Virus record (IMG/VR): IMGVR_UViG_3300047095_000666
Coordinates: 1 to 64,000 of that record
DNA: 64,000 nt
Strand: one strand, 5' to 3'
Origin: a virus
Shown here in pieces: positions 1 through 8,528 of this stretch (the first letter of the stretch is position 1; each line of letters begins with the position of its first letter). A program made the translations under genes and the position numbers. The notes beneath the pieces were generated by a model that did no database searches, was not told where the DNA came from, and saw only the letters and a list, made by a program, of their open reading frames with translations.

Positions 1-23
1 TCCGCGACGACCTGACGGCATCG

Positions 24-521
24 GTGTTGGGCAGGATGAAAGACTGCCCTACGATGACGTGGGAGGAAGCTAGGAAGACTCCTCCTAAAGAGGTCGGAAT
101 CGATCTCCACAGACAACGAGAATCCTTGCAGCCGCCGCCGACTAAGTGCCATTGGGTGTCGTTAAAGCAAGAGTGGACGATGTACGGGGAGAAGTCGAAG
201 CCATACTACTACGCCGTCAACATTGCAGTCCAGCAACCGTCCAACAGGCCGATGGTCATGGAGAACCGGTTCCTACTGGACGTCATGAAGGTGGTGGTGG
301 ACGGAGAACCCTTCCCGAAGGACATGGACGTGGGGGAGCGGCGCAGGCTGCTCTACCTGCTGGACGAGTCGTTCGAGGAGGACCCGATGTACTTCAACCA
401 GTTCATGGTAGAGATCCACAACTACGAGCCACTTCTGAGGGAGATAGAAACGGTGGAGTTGTCCCTGTCGAAGACCCTGAACGCGATGCGTAAGGAGGCT
501 CTGAGGAGGAAGAAATCATGA
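24..521 (+). CDS. Hypothetical phage protein, probably truncated by the window start; paralog of 1804-2502
   Basis: Open frame; ATGA overlap with the next gene; shares the NRFLL block with 1804-2502. Confidence 0.65.
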   Translation: MLGRMKDCPTMTWEEARKTPPKEVGIDLHRQRESLQPPPTKCHWVSLKQEWTMYGEKSKPYYYAVNIAVQQPSNRPMVMENRFLLDVMKVVVDGEPFPKDMDVGERRRLLYLLDESFEEDPMYFNQFMVEIHNYEPLLREIETVELSLSKTLNAMRKEALRRKKS

Positions 522-712
522 ACGAAGACGATACGATAACCGACGCCGACCGTCTACTGTGGGCGATGACGTGCATGTGCGACCACAACTACCGGGAGTT
601 CTCGTCCCACGTACTCAGGGTGGGAGGGACCGGAGACCTGGACGACTGCAGGACGTTCGTCGATGGGAAGATACGAGAGTCGAGGCTGAAGAATGCCAAG
701 GCAGTGGTCTAG
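518..712 (+). CDS. Small hypothetical protein
   Basis: GAGGAG SD, ATGA overlap with the previous gene. Confidence 0.65.
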   Translation: MNEDDTITDADRLLWAMTCMCDHNYREFSSHVLRVGGTGDLDDCRTFVDGKIRESRLKNAKAVV

Positions 713-1076
713 GTTCTCCGACAACGGCTACGAGGTGTCCTCCAAGGGGGACACCCGGTTCAGCGCCCTGTACGCCAGACTCAGGGACGGCAGGACGATC
801 GAGCAGGCTTACCAGCTGGACGTGAAGGGCTACCGAGTCTGCACCGACGACTGGCGTCACGCCAAGGGGAAGCCGCCGCTGAGGGAGGGAGTCGATCTCT
901 GGGCGGAGTACAGGGGACTGTGGGAGCAGTGGGCGTCGGAGAACCCGAGGAAGATGGAAGTCCTCCGGAGGCTGTCGAGAGGGAAGACACTGACAGACAT
1001 GTTCGCCACCACAGACGTATCCCAAGCTAGGGCCTTGGCGGAGATCCTCGACGAAACGGAGGAAGAGGAGACCTGA
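693..1076 (+). CDS. Conserved phage protein, possible divergent NADAR-like ADP-ribosyl glycohydrolase
   Basis: RFSALY...RTIEQAYQ...K resembles the NADAR N-terminal FSNF/TVEHAYQxxK pattern; followed by a terminator. Confidence 0.5.
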   Translation: MPRQWSRFSDNGYEVSSKGDTRFSALYARLRDGRTIEQAYQLDVKGYRVCTDDWRHAKGKPPLREGVDLWAEYRGLWEQWASENPRKMEVLRRLSRGKTLTDMFATTDVSQARALAEILDETEEEET

Positions 1077-1087
1077 CACGGTCCAGG

Positions 1088-1125
1088 AAGAATATATCGG
1101 CTTCTCGTCGATATATTCTTTTTTT
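1088..1125 (+). terminator. Intrinsic terminator whose arms contain the early promoter motif GATATATTCT
   Basis: AAGAATATATCG (1088-1099) / CGATATATTCTT (1109-1120) perfect inverted repeat followed by a T run. Confidence 0.6.
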
Positions 1126-1153
1126 GATGGAATTTCATACGAAGGGGAAGAGA

Positions 1154-1837
1154 ATGAACCTACAAGAGGTCATGGACGCATCCAGACTTGATATACCACC
1201 AGCTAGGACGCAGATGGCGATGAGGGACGGCACCGAGGTGCTGGTCGTCCACTACCCTCTGCGGTCGTACGCCATGACCGCGAAGCCCTACGTCCACCAC
1301 GCCAACGCTCTGAGACAGTTCCTCCAGAAGAGGATCACCGAGGAGTGGATGAAGCTGGGTCTCGTCGACTCGGTAGTTGGAGCGACTGACGACGCAGATC
1401 ATCCGGCAGAGTCGAAGTGGGTACGCTTCCAAGCAAACAATTTCGGAGTGACCGGGGTAATCAGTCGGGATGGCCTCGGCAATTTCACTGGTAAGATCGG
1501 CGTGGAAGTGAGCGTATGGCTCAGAGCGCCTTGGCTCCACCGGATGATGCTCGATTTCCCGCTGTTCTCCGACATGCTGATGATCTCGGCGACCGGGGAC
1601 GAGTTCCCGGAGGGGACCAAGGAGGAAGACCGCAAGCCCATGCTGACGCTGGTCGCCAGTGAGCTCCTCGAAGACATCTCTTACATGGAAGAGTTCTGCA
1701 TCGACTTCTTCCACGAGTACAGCCTGTTCAGGCAGGCGACCAATGGGGCCGAGAAGGCCATCCAGTGGCACATCAACAAACTCATCAAGGAAAGGATGAA
1801 ACAATGTCATCGTACAAAGAGATCGTCAAGGCGCTAG
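1154..1837 (+). CDS. Hypothetical protein
   Basis: ORF with phage-like codon usage; GAAGGGG SD before ATG 1154. Confidence 0.75.
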   Translation: MNLQEVMDASRLDIPPARTQMAMRDGTEVLVVHYPLRSYAMTAKPYVHHANALRQFLQKRITEEWMKLGLVDSVVGATDDADHPAESKWVRFQANNFGVTGVISRDGLGNFTGKIGVEVSVWLRAPWLHRMMLDFPLFSDMLMISATGDEFPEGTKEEDRKPMLTLVASELLEDISYMEEFCIDFFHEYSLFRQATNGAEKAIQWHINKLIKERMKQCHRTKRSSRR

Positions 1838-2502
1838 GCTCCGACCCCAGCCTAGCGAATGCCGTGATGAACGCGATCCACATGCGCAGCGGCGGGACTT
1901 CTCCGACGATCAAGTTCAACTGCGACGTCGACGACATGAAGTACATCATGCTAGGCGACGACTTCCTAGTGGACAAGCAGCGGCTCTCCGAGCTGATTGA
2001 CCAGGGCCGGATCAAGGTCTTCGTGGAGGACGCCGTCTCCATGATCCTAGAGCAGCTGGAGGGAGAGAAGACCCTCCAGCCGGGGTACGTCTTCCCCCAC
2101 TACGACGACCCGGAGAACGACGAGCGTTCCGACATCGAGACCCAGAGTCCCTACGTCGTGGTCACCAGCGAGGTGTGGTACCCGCCCCCGGCACCGAGGC
2201 AGGCGGAGGTCCGCTGGGAGCACAAGTGCTTCTTCGACATCGACGACGACGCGTTCAAGAGGAACCGCTTTCTTCTCGAAGCGGTGGCCTGCTGCGTGGG
2301 GATGGACTTCTGCCCGGACAACTCGTGGGAGGACCGCCAGAGGATCCTGACCCTCTACGGCGGCGCGTTCAAGACTTCGAGGCTGACCGTCCTCGGTAGG
2401 GTGCTGGTCTCGTTCGAGCCCTTCAGGAGGGCGTTCGAGGCGATCAACCCCACGGTCAACAAGATCCTTGAAGAGATCAAGGAAAAGAAACTTTCTTACT
2501 GA
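1804..2502 (+). CDS. Hypothetical protein; paralog of 24-521
   Basis: AAGGA SD, ATG at 1804; NRFLL block. Confidence 0.75.
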   Translation: MSSYKEIVKALGSDPSLANAVMNAIHMRSGGTSPTIKFNCDVDDMKYIMLGDDFLVDKQRLSELIDQGRIKVFVEDAVSMILEQLEGEKTLQPGYVFPHYDDPENDERSDIETQSPYVVVTSEVWYPPPAPRQAEVRWEHKCFFDIDDDAFKRNRFLLEAVACCVGMDFCPDNSWEDRQRILTLYGGAFKTSRLTVLGRVLVSFEPFRRAFEAINPTVNKILEEIKEKKLSY

Positions 2503-2513
2503 GAGGAACCATA

Positions 2514-3890
2514 ATGAGCAAGAAGAACTTCACGGCAGTGCGCGAGGGCAACTCCCTCAAGGTCATGTGCGACGGTGTAGAGATCCTAGACACGACGTGC
2601 GACCGCTTCGGGATCGAGCTCAACACCTACGACATCGCGCTGATGACGACCAAAGTGGACCTCTCCCCGAAGGACGTCGCCGAGATGCTGAAGGTCATCA
2701 AGAACGTCTATGATCCGGGTAAGAAGGAGATCCCTCCTTACAAGGCATCGCTCTTCCGCAACGGGGAGCACGTCACTCACGTCAAGTCCGGAGACGTCTA
2801 CGTCGTAGTCGGCACTCCCTCCGACGGCTACATCATCGAGGAGACTCTGGAGCACGCCTACTGCTACAAGAAGCTCAAGCCAAAGAACATCGCCGAGATG
2901 AATCGCAAGTGGATCCGCTCCCAGACGAAGATGGAGGACGGTCGCTTCGTCTCCGGGTCCACCGAGAAGGCGCAAGAGGGCGTGTTGCAGGGCAACCCCT
3001 GTGGAGAAGTACTGATCCCGGCTTCTTCAGACCACCGGCTCATGAGCACGTCACCGATGGGCGTCGGAACTTACTCTCAGGAGCAGATCGACTCTCACAA
3101 TGCGTTAATGAAAAATTTACAGGAAAAAGCAATGAAAAGCGTTTGCGATACATCTTCGTTATCAGATCTGAAAAAGTTTCTCGATGATCACCTGACTGAA
3201 GCGATGTGCTTCGACCCGTTAATGATCTCTTCCGGCTATCCGGCTATCGAAGACTTCAACGAAGCTCTCATCCGTTCCAAGCTCGAAGATTTCTACCGGG
3301 TGGAGGGGGCGAAGCGGTTCGAAGTGAAAGAAATCTCATTCAACAACTTCGAGTATGACCGTTTGCAGAACCGAGTCCGCTTCCGCATCGTCATGTCTGT
3401 CCAGGGATTCGAGGACTTTTACTGCGACTTCGTGGTGAACAATCTACCTTCGAAGAAGAGCACTGGCGGCTCCACATTCGACGGAGTCCTGACCTCCAAC
3501 GAGATCGAGAGGGCCGCAGACAAGGCGATCGAGATGGGCTACGACGGCAAGGACCGGGAGATCGTCTTCAAGGCGGCGCACGCAGTCGGTCTGGGGAGCC
3601 TGATCCCCTCTCTGCTCAACGAGATGGGGAACGCCGTCCCGAACGTGGTCAGCATCCAGAGAGCAGCGGACCGGAAGCTGGAGGAGAAGAAGACTGCGCA
3701 GGTTTCCGGGGTTAGCGCCGCAGCCACCTCATCCGGCGACGGCGGGTCCATCTTCGGAGAAGTGCTGGAAGCCGTGGGCGACGTAGCGATGGGTGCGCTC
3801 GACTCGGTGGGCGACGTCTGCTCCGGGATCGGGGAGTGCGCCGGGGAGGTGGTGGGAGGCATCCTTTCCGGGATAGGCGACGGTCTTTGA
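2514..3890 (+). CDS. Multidomain hypothetical protein with a DUF1653-like SH3-fold segment and a Gly/acidic tail
   Basis: HVKSGDVYVVVG...YCYK...KWIRSQTKMEDGRF; GAGGA SD. Confidence 0.7.
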   Translation: MSKKNFTAVREGNSLKVMCDGVEILDTTCDRFGIELNTYDIALMTTKVDLSPKDVAEMLKVIKNVYDPGKKEIPPYKASLFRNGEHVTHVKSGDVYVVVGTPSDGYIIEETLEHAYCYKKLKPKNIAEMNRKWIRSQTKMEDGRFVSGSTEKAQEGVLQGNPCGEVLIPASSDHRLMSTSPMGVGTYSQEQIDSHNALMKNLQEKAMKSVCDTSSLSDLKKFLDDHLTEAMCFDPLMISSGYPAIEDFNEALIRSKLEDFYRVEGAKRFEVKEISFNNFEYDRLQNRVRFRIVMSVQGFEDFYCDFVVNNLPSKKSTGGSTFDGVLTSNEIERAADKAIEMGYDGKDREIVFKAAHAVGLGSLIPSLLNEMGNAVPNVVSIQRAADRKLEEKKTAQVSGVSAAATSSGDGGSIFGEVLEAVGDVAMGALDSVGDVCSGIGECAGEVVGGILSGIGDGL

Positions 3891-3901
3891 AGGAGACAGG
3901 T

Positions 3902-4093
3902 ATGGTAGACATGGGACAGGCCGACTCCGGCCTATACAGGAAGCCAGTATCGGAGCAGCATGTTATGTGCTGGACTAGGGCCTTGGGGCTTGCCGCCAAG
4001 GAGATGGGGTACGGATCCTACATGGATGTACCGGAGAGAGATGTCGATGCCCTGAAGGAGAGGGCTAGGGACATCCAGAGGGGTAAACAATGA
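3902..4093 (+). CDS. Small hypothetical protein
   Basis: AAGGAG SD; ATGA overlap with the next gene. Confidence 0.55.
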   Translation: MVDMGQADSGLYRKPVSEQHVMCWTRALGLAAKEMGYGSYMDVPERDVDALKERARDIQRGKQ

Positions 4094-4305
4094 GCTACGA
4101 GAAGCACACCGTCTGCCACACTGCCGAGGACCTGTTCGAGGCACTGAAGGAGATCCCTCAGGGGTACAGAGAGAAGATGGAGCTGCAGTTCGTGCCAGAC
4201 GAGGACGTTCCGGACGGAGAGGTACACGTCAACGCGTACTTCGTGGCTTCCTCCGAGACGGACACCGGGTACGAGTCCGGCCTGCAGATCTGCTCCAACT
4301 GCTGA
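4090..4305 (+). CDS. Small hypothetical protein
   Basis: GAGG SD; last gene before a hairpin. Confidence 0.65.
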   Translation: MSYEKHTVCHTAEDLFEALKEIPQGYREKMELQFVPDEDVPDGEVHVNAYFVASSETDTGYESGLQICSNC

Positions 4306-4309
4306 AGTG

Positions 4310-4364
4310 AGAATCCTAGGAGGGACGAAAAGGTGCCAAAACCAATTTTTCCCTCCAGGATTCT
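4310..4364. terminator. Long imperfect hairpin, terminator or regulatory
   Basis: AGAATCCT/AGGATTCT and GGAGGGA/TCCCTCC arms. Confidence 0.45.
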
Positions 4365-4453
4365 AGTTTAAAAAGTACCAAAATCGCCCTCACGGTTGCG
4401 GATCGCGCCTGCGAGCATACGATGGCCCCTTCTCGGGGCAGAAAGGAACTATC

Positions 4454-5206
4454 ATGGCATCAATCAAGGATTTACTGAAACGTAGGAAGCAGGAGCAGGC
4501 GCTGTCTGACGACGAGAAGCCGGAGTTCGACATAATGAACTACGACATCCGGGACCAGCTGTTCGACAGGATGGACGCGGTGCTGAAAGTCTCCCAGAAG
4601 TTGCTGATGCCGTACGCCAACGAAGAGATCCGATCTCTGGTGACGCGGTACGGCGCTGACATCCGGGACCAGAAGCCCATATTCACGGTCGAGGGGGACG
4701 CCCACGAGGGCGACCTCACCTCCGTGTACCCGAAGGCCCGTGACGCCCTGTCCAAGAGGATCTGGGCTGGTGCCTACGCCGTCCAACAGTACTCGCACAT
4801 CTCGGAGTTCCTCAAGACTGCGAAGCAGGCGTTCGAGCTGAAGTGCGGCCTACCCGTTCGCGGCTCTCTGGACCGGGTGGAGTTCTACATGGATGAAGAG
4901 GACCGCGACCACGAACCCGCGATCCCCGAGACGCTGGTCGTTCGTTACGAGGTCTTCTATCCCGAGGAGTTCGACATCCAGTGCCACGCCGTCATGAGCG
5001 AGCTGGACCTGTGCGCCAAGGAAGCCGGTTACTTGGTGGTCGGCTCCACAGACCACATGCAGACGCAGTACGGCACTCGGTACAAGCATCCTGACCATCC
5101 CGAAGAGGAGCTTGCGATAGAGCTGTTCTGCGGAGACGAATTCGACCCGAACGACCCGATACGGGTTAACGCGATCTGGGTCTCGTTCGAGATCGAGAAC
5201 GAATGA
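4454..5206 (+). CDS. Hypothetical protein; tandem paralog of 5203-5925
   Basis: GAAAGGAA SD; shared IQC-helix block. Confidence 0.8.
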   Translation: MASIKDLLKRRKQEQALSDDEKPEFDIMNYDIRDQLFDRMDAVLKVSQKLLMPYANEEIRSLVTRYGADIRDQKPIFTVEGDAHEGDLTSVYPKARDALSKRIWAGAYAVQQYSHISEFLKTAKQAFELKCGLPVRGSLDRVEFYMDEEDRDHEPAIPETLVVRYEVFYPEEFDIQCHAVMSELDLCAKEAGYLVVGSTDHMQTQYGTRYKHPDHPEEELAIELFCGDEFDPNDPIRVNAIWVSFEIENE

Positions 5207-5925
5207 GTCTGGCGCACGACATCGGCACCCCGGCATACATGGCTGTGGTGCTGTTCGACGACGATTACACCACCAACCTGAAGGATCCGTTCGAGGACCA
5301 CTCCCACCCCGACTGGAGGGGGAGCAACGTCGACACCCTCATGGGGATCATCGACCGTGGACTGAAGAACGACCGGATGAAGAAGATGGGCACCAACCCC
5401 GACCCGTTCATGGGAGGTGCCGACTCGGTGGTCGCGGACGTCTTCGGCAGGTCAGAGGACTACGTCGATCCGGGATGGAGCATGGACGTCTTCATCACTA
5501 CCGAAGAGGTGCCGGAGATCCACCAGTTCAAGAAGCGTTACTGCTTCGAGTCCTGGACCGAGATACAGTGCTGGATTGCTCTGGAGCGAATCGGTGAGCT
5601 GGCGCTGTCTATGGGGATGGAGCTGGTGACCGACGAGCGGAAGCCTGCCGAGAACCCCAAGGGAGAAGCGATCACTCGCGAGTACCGCGACGAGGCGCTC
5701 GGAGTCACCGCTGCGGTCGTCCTGAAGCTGGACGAGTACAGGGTCAGCGGGTGGCTGAGACAGTTCGACGTAGACAGCGAATCGGTACAGAACGAGATCG
5801 AGATCTACTGGAGGATCTCGATCGGCAGCGACTTCGGATTTTGCAAGCCGGTGCCGGAGGTTCTGAAGTCCAAGAAGATCAAAAACAAGCTGGCGCAAGC
5901 CCGATTAGAAAGGAAGAAAGTATGA
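5203..5925 (+). CDS. Hypothetical protein
   Basis: ATGA overlap; similarity to 4454-5206. Confidence 0.75.
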   Translation: MSLAHDIGTPAYMAVVLFDDDYTTNLKDPFEDHSHPDWRGSNVDTLMGIIDRGLKNDRMKKMGTNPDPFMGGADSVVADVFGRSEDYVDPGWSMDVFITTEEVPEIHQFKKRYCFESWTEIQCWIALERIGELALSMGMELVTDERKPAENPKGEAITREYRDEALGVTAAVVLKLDEYRVSGWLRQFDVDSESVQNEIEIYWRISIGSDFGFCKPVPEVLKSKKIKNKLAQARLERKKV

Positions 5926-6263
5926 GCTCTGATGACGGAAGGATCCCGCTGTTCGAGCGGGAAGGTTTCATAATCTGTTTCGAGGCTCTGGACGAGATGG
6001 ACTCCGTCCGAGACCACTTCAAGCGGACCGGGATGGAAAAGAAGCAGATCGACTCCCTCCAGCGGAAGCTCGGGAGCGGGAAGGCCGTCTGGTTCCAAGC
6101 GATCGTCTCCGCTTGGAAGGACGGGAGGCAGCTCGGAGAGGCTTCTCTGGGCGGGTGCTTCTACAGCTCCTTCGAGGAGTTCTACAAGACAGAGGGAGAC
6201 TACTTCGACGACCTCGCGAACCAAGCAATCGCAGAAGCAAAGGAGAAAGCATGTACAAAGTGA
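5922..6263 (+). CDS. Conserved-looking phage hypothetical protein
   Basis: GAAAGGAAGAAA SD, ATG at 5922; SLGGCFY motif. Confidence 0.75.
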   Translation: MSSDDGRIPLFEREGFIICFEALDEMDSVRDHFKRTGMEKKQIDSLQRKLGSGKAVWFQAIVSAWKDGRQLGEASLGGCFYSSFEEFYKTEGDYFDDLANQAIAEAKEKACTK

Positions 6264-6616
6264 CGATTGAGCAGCTGGCGAACGCCAAATTCCAAGAACC
6301 CCGCGACCTGTGGACGATCTGGGCCGGAGAGGGTAACGGAGTCCATGTGGCGTCGATGCACCCTTCCATGAAGACGCAGGAGCGCCGCGAGATGAGCAAG
6401 AAGGTGACCGACCTGATGAACGGGACGATCCAGCCGGTAGAAGGAGAGGTGTGGGCTTGGGTCTCCAACCACGCGCTGTCCCTGAACGGCGTCAAGAAGA
6501 TCGTGGTATCCACCCACCTCCCCTTGGACGTCCGAGACTGGCTGGTCAAGGAAATGCTCCGGAGGATGAACGCCAGCGTCAAGCAACTCTGCGGGCAGAT
6601 CCCTCCTGCTCTGTGA
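6251..6616 (+). CDS. Hypothetical protein
   Basis: AAGGAG SD, ATG at 6251. Confidence 0.7.
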   Translation: MYKVTIEQLANAKFQEPRDLWTIWAGEGNGVHVASMHPSMKTQERREMSKKVTDLMNGTIQPVEGEVWAWVSNHALSLNGVKKIVVSTHLPLDVRDWLVKEMLRRMNASVKQLCGQIPPAL

Positions 6617-6655
6617 TGTGTAAGCAGCCTAAGTAACTATGAAAGGAAACTGATC

Positions 6656-7042
6656 ATGGATGCACTACGCATCGAATTTCAACCAAAAGAAGGCCAAGCT
6701 GATATTCTATACCGTGGGAAGAACGGGTGGTCTAGCTGCAGAGGACTGGAAATCTGGGACTTCCAACACGACGCTTCCCAAGTGACCATCACTCCAATGA
6801 ACTCTCGCGGCATTACTGCTAGCTGTGAGATCAATCTTCCAAAGGATCCAACGATCCTGACTCAAATCGGGAATCATTTCCTTGCACTTGCTTCGGAGTC
6901 GTTGTCCGATGCAAGTCCTAAGTACAATCCAGTCGAACTTGGCGTCATACGGGGGTATCGTTCCTACACAAAGGACTACGAGTGCTCTGACGACGAAGCT
7001 CTGAAACGCTGCATTGAACTTCTGAATCAACAAAACGCATGA
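6656..7042 (+). CDS. Hypothetical protein
   Basis: GAAAGGAA SD. Confidence 0.75.
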   Translation: MDALRIEFQPKEGQADILYRGKNGWSSCRGLEIWDFQHDASQVTITPMNSRGITASCEINLPKDPTILTQIGNHFLALASESLSDASPKYNPVELGVIRGYRSYTKDYECSDDEALKRCIELLNQQNA

Positions 7043-7596
7043 CACCCATCCAAAAAGAGATCTTCGACTCCATCGGAAGGTTCATCGCCGAGACCGGAGC
7101 TACCTCCTGCAACGCGGCAGACTACACCTCGATTCCGGGCTTCGTCTGCTGCGCGTGGATGGACCTGCACGACGACATCGACTACGGTGTCACGAAGGAA
7201 AAGCCCCACTTCCATCTGAAGCCAGTTTGGTGGGACGAGGACGCACGTCTGCTTCACCAGTACAGGAGGAAGTGGCTCTCGACGCCGCTGTCGCCCGAGG
7301 TGGTCAGAATCAACGCCGCTAGAGCGCATGGCCTAGCGCCCAGCAAGATCGCCGACGAACTGGTCAGGTTGAACCACCCGAACTTTCCGGAGTTCAGAGA
7401 GTGGGAAGATCAAGCGACCTTCCGTGGGAGATCCTGGGACTCGGGAGATCCGATCAGGATCGTCTGGCTTTGGAACGACGTGAAGAAGGGAGAATTCTAC
7501 TCCAACGACAGCAGGTCTCCTCGCTTCAAGGACGAATCGGAAATTCTCAAATACATCAGAAAGGAGTTCAAGTGGCACATGGAACAATCGAGCTAG
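7039..7596 (+). CDS. Hypothetical protein
   Basis: ATGA overlap with the previous gene. Confidence 0.7.
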   Translation: MTPIQKEIFDSIGRFIAETGATSCNAADYTSIPGFVCCAWMDLHDDIDYGVTKEKPHFHLKPVWWDEDARLLHQYRRKWLSTPLSPEVVRINAARAHGLAPSKIADELVRLNHPNFPEFREWEDQATFRGRSWDSGDPIRIVWLWNDVKKGEFYSNDSRSPRFKDESEILKYIRKEFKWHMEQSS

Positions 7597-7817
7597 AATA
7601 CGAAGATCTGAAGAAGATAATCCAAGGTAAGGTAGTATTTCGCCGTTGTCCGGACTGCGATGGAACCGGCGTATTCTTCTACACCGAAGAGAGCGATGAA
7701 CCCGTATCTCAGAAGAAATACGAAGAAGCCGGTGGGGACAGCAACGTCGAGAACAGCACCGAGTGTTGCAACACCTGTAATGGACTCTGCTACGTTACCA
7801 ATGATATTAGGATTTAA
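7572..7817 (+). CDS. Small DnaJ-type zinc-finger protein
   Basis: AAGGAG SD, GTG at 7572; CPDCDGTG and CNTCNGLC. Confidence 0.65.
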   Translation: MAHGTIELEYEDLKKIIQGKVVFRRCPDCDGTGVFFYTEESDEPVSQKKYEEAGGDSNVENSTECCNTCNGLCYVTNDIRI

Positions 7818-7902
7818 GATCAAAAGATAAAGCAAGATGGTTTTATGAAGAAGGGAGTTTGTTCTCTCTCTTCTTTTTTTTTTCGGATCTGCTTCTTTAA
7901 TC

Positions 7903-7914
7903 GACATATATAAT
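7903..7914 (+). promoter_or_regulatory. Putative early phage promoter (ATATATAAT)
   Basis: Same motif recurs upstream of many transcription units. Confidence 0.5.
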
Positions 7915-7952
7915 TAGAATGTGTACAACCAGTTCCATTGAAAGGAAAGCAG

Positions 7953-8528
7953 ATGAGCAGCCAAGGAATCCAGAACCTCCTCAAACTGAAGGAGATGCAG
8001 CAGCTCGAACCGGCCTATGAAAAGCTGGAAGGAGCTTGGATCATCGCCGATGTAGACGGTGCCCTTGAGATCCAGCGACTTGACGAGCTGGACTCTTCGT
8101 CCGGGAAGAAACACGTAGACCGTCAGGCTTTCGACAAGTGCTTCTTCAGCGATTGGGAGGCCGTCGGGTACGTCTTCCTCCGCGCACTGGCGGGAGACGA
8201 GACGTGCCGAGATGCGATCGAGAAGTGCTACGGCACCTTGGTGCCAAACGCAAACAAGGTTGCCGAGAGCGCCGAGGGAGACCTGATCGTCGGAACTCCG
8301 GATAGCGACAGCTTCCACTTCCGGAAGAGCGAGATCTCCGAAAAGATCTTCTTGGGCAAGGTCCTGACCTTCGAGGAGTACGTCGAGGTCGCCAACCTTC
8401 TGGCTTCCAACCTCGAATGCGCCGTCGATGGCCCGGAGGGATTCGTCGAGATCGACAAGAGGAATTTCAACGACTCGTTCCACGACATGATCGAAGATCT
8501 GCGTGAAGATTATATTGGAGAGAAATAA
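7953..8528 (+). CDS. Hypothetical protein
   Basis: GAAAGGAA SD, ATG at 7953. Confidence 0.75.
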   Translation: MSSQGIQNLLKLKEMQQLEPAYEKLEGAWIIADVDGALEIQRLDELDSSSGKKHVDRQAFDKCFFSDWEAVGYVFLRALAGDETCRDAIEKCYGTLVPNANKVAESAEGDLIVGTPDSDSFHFRKSEISEKIFLGKVLTFEEYVEVANLLASNLECAVDGPEGFVEIDKRNFNDSFHDMIEDLREDYIGEK

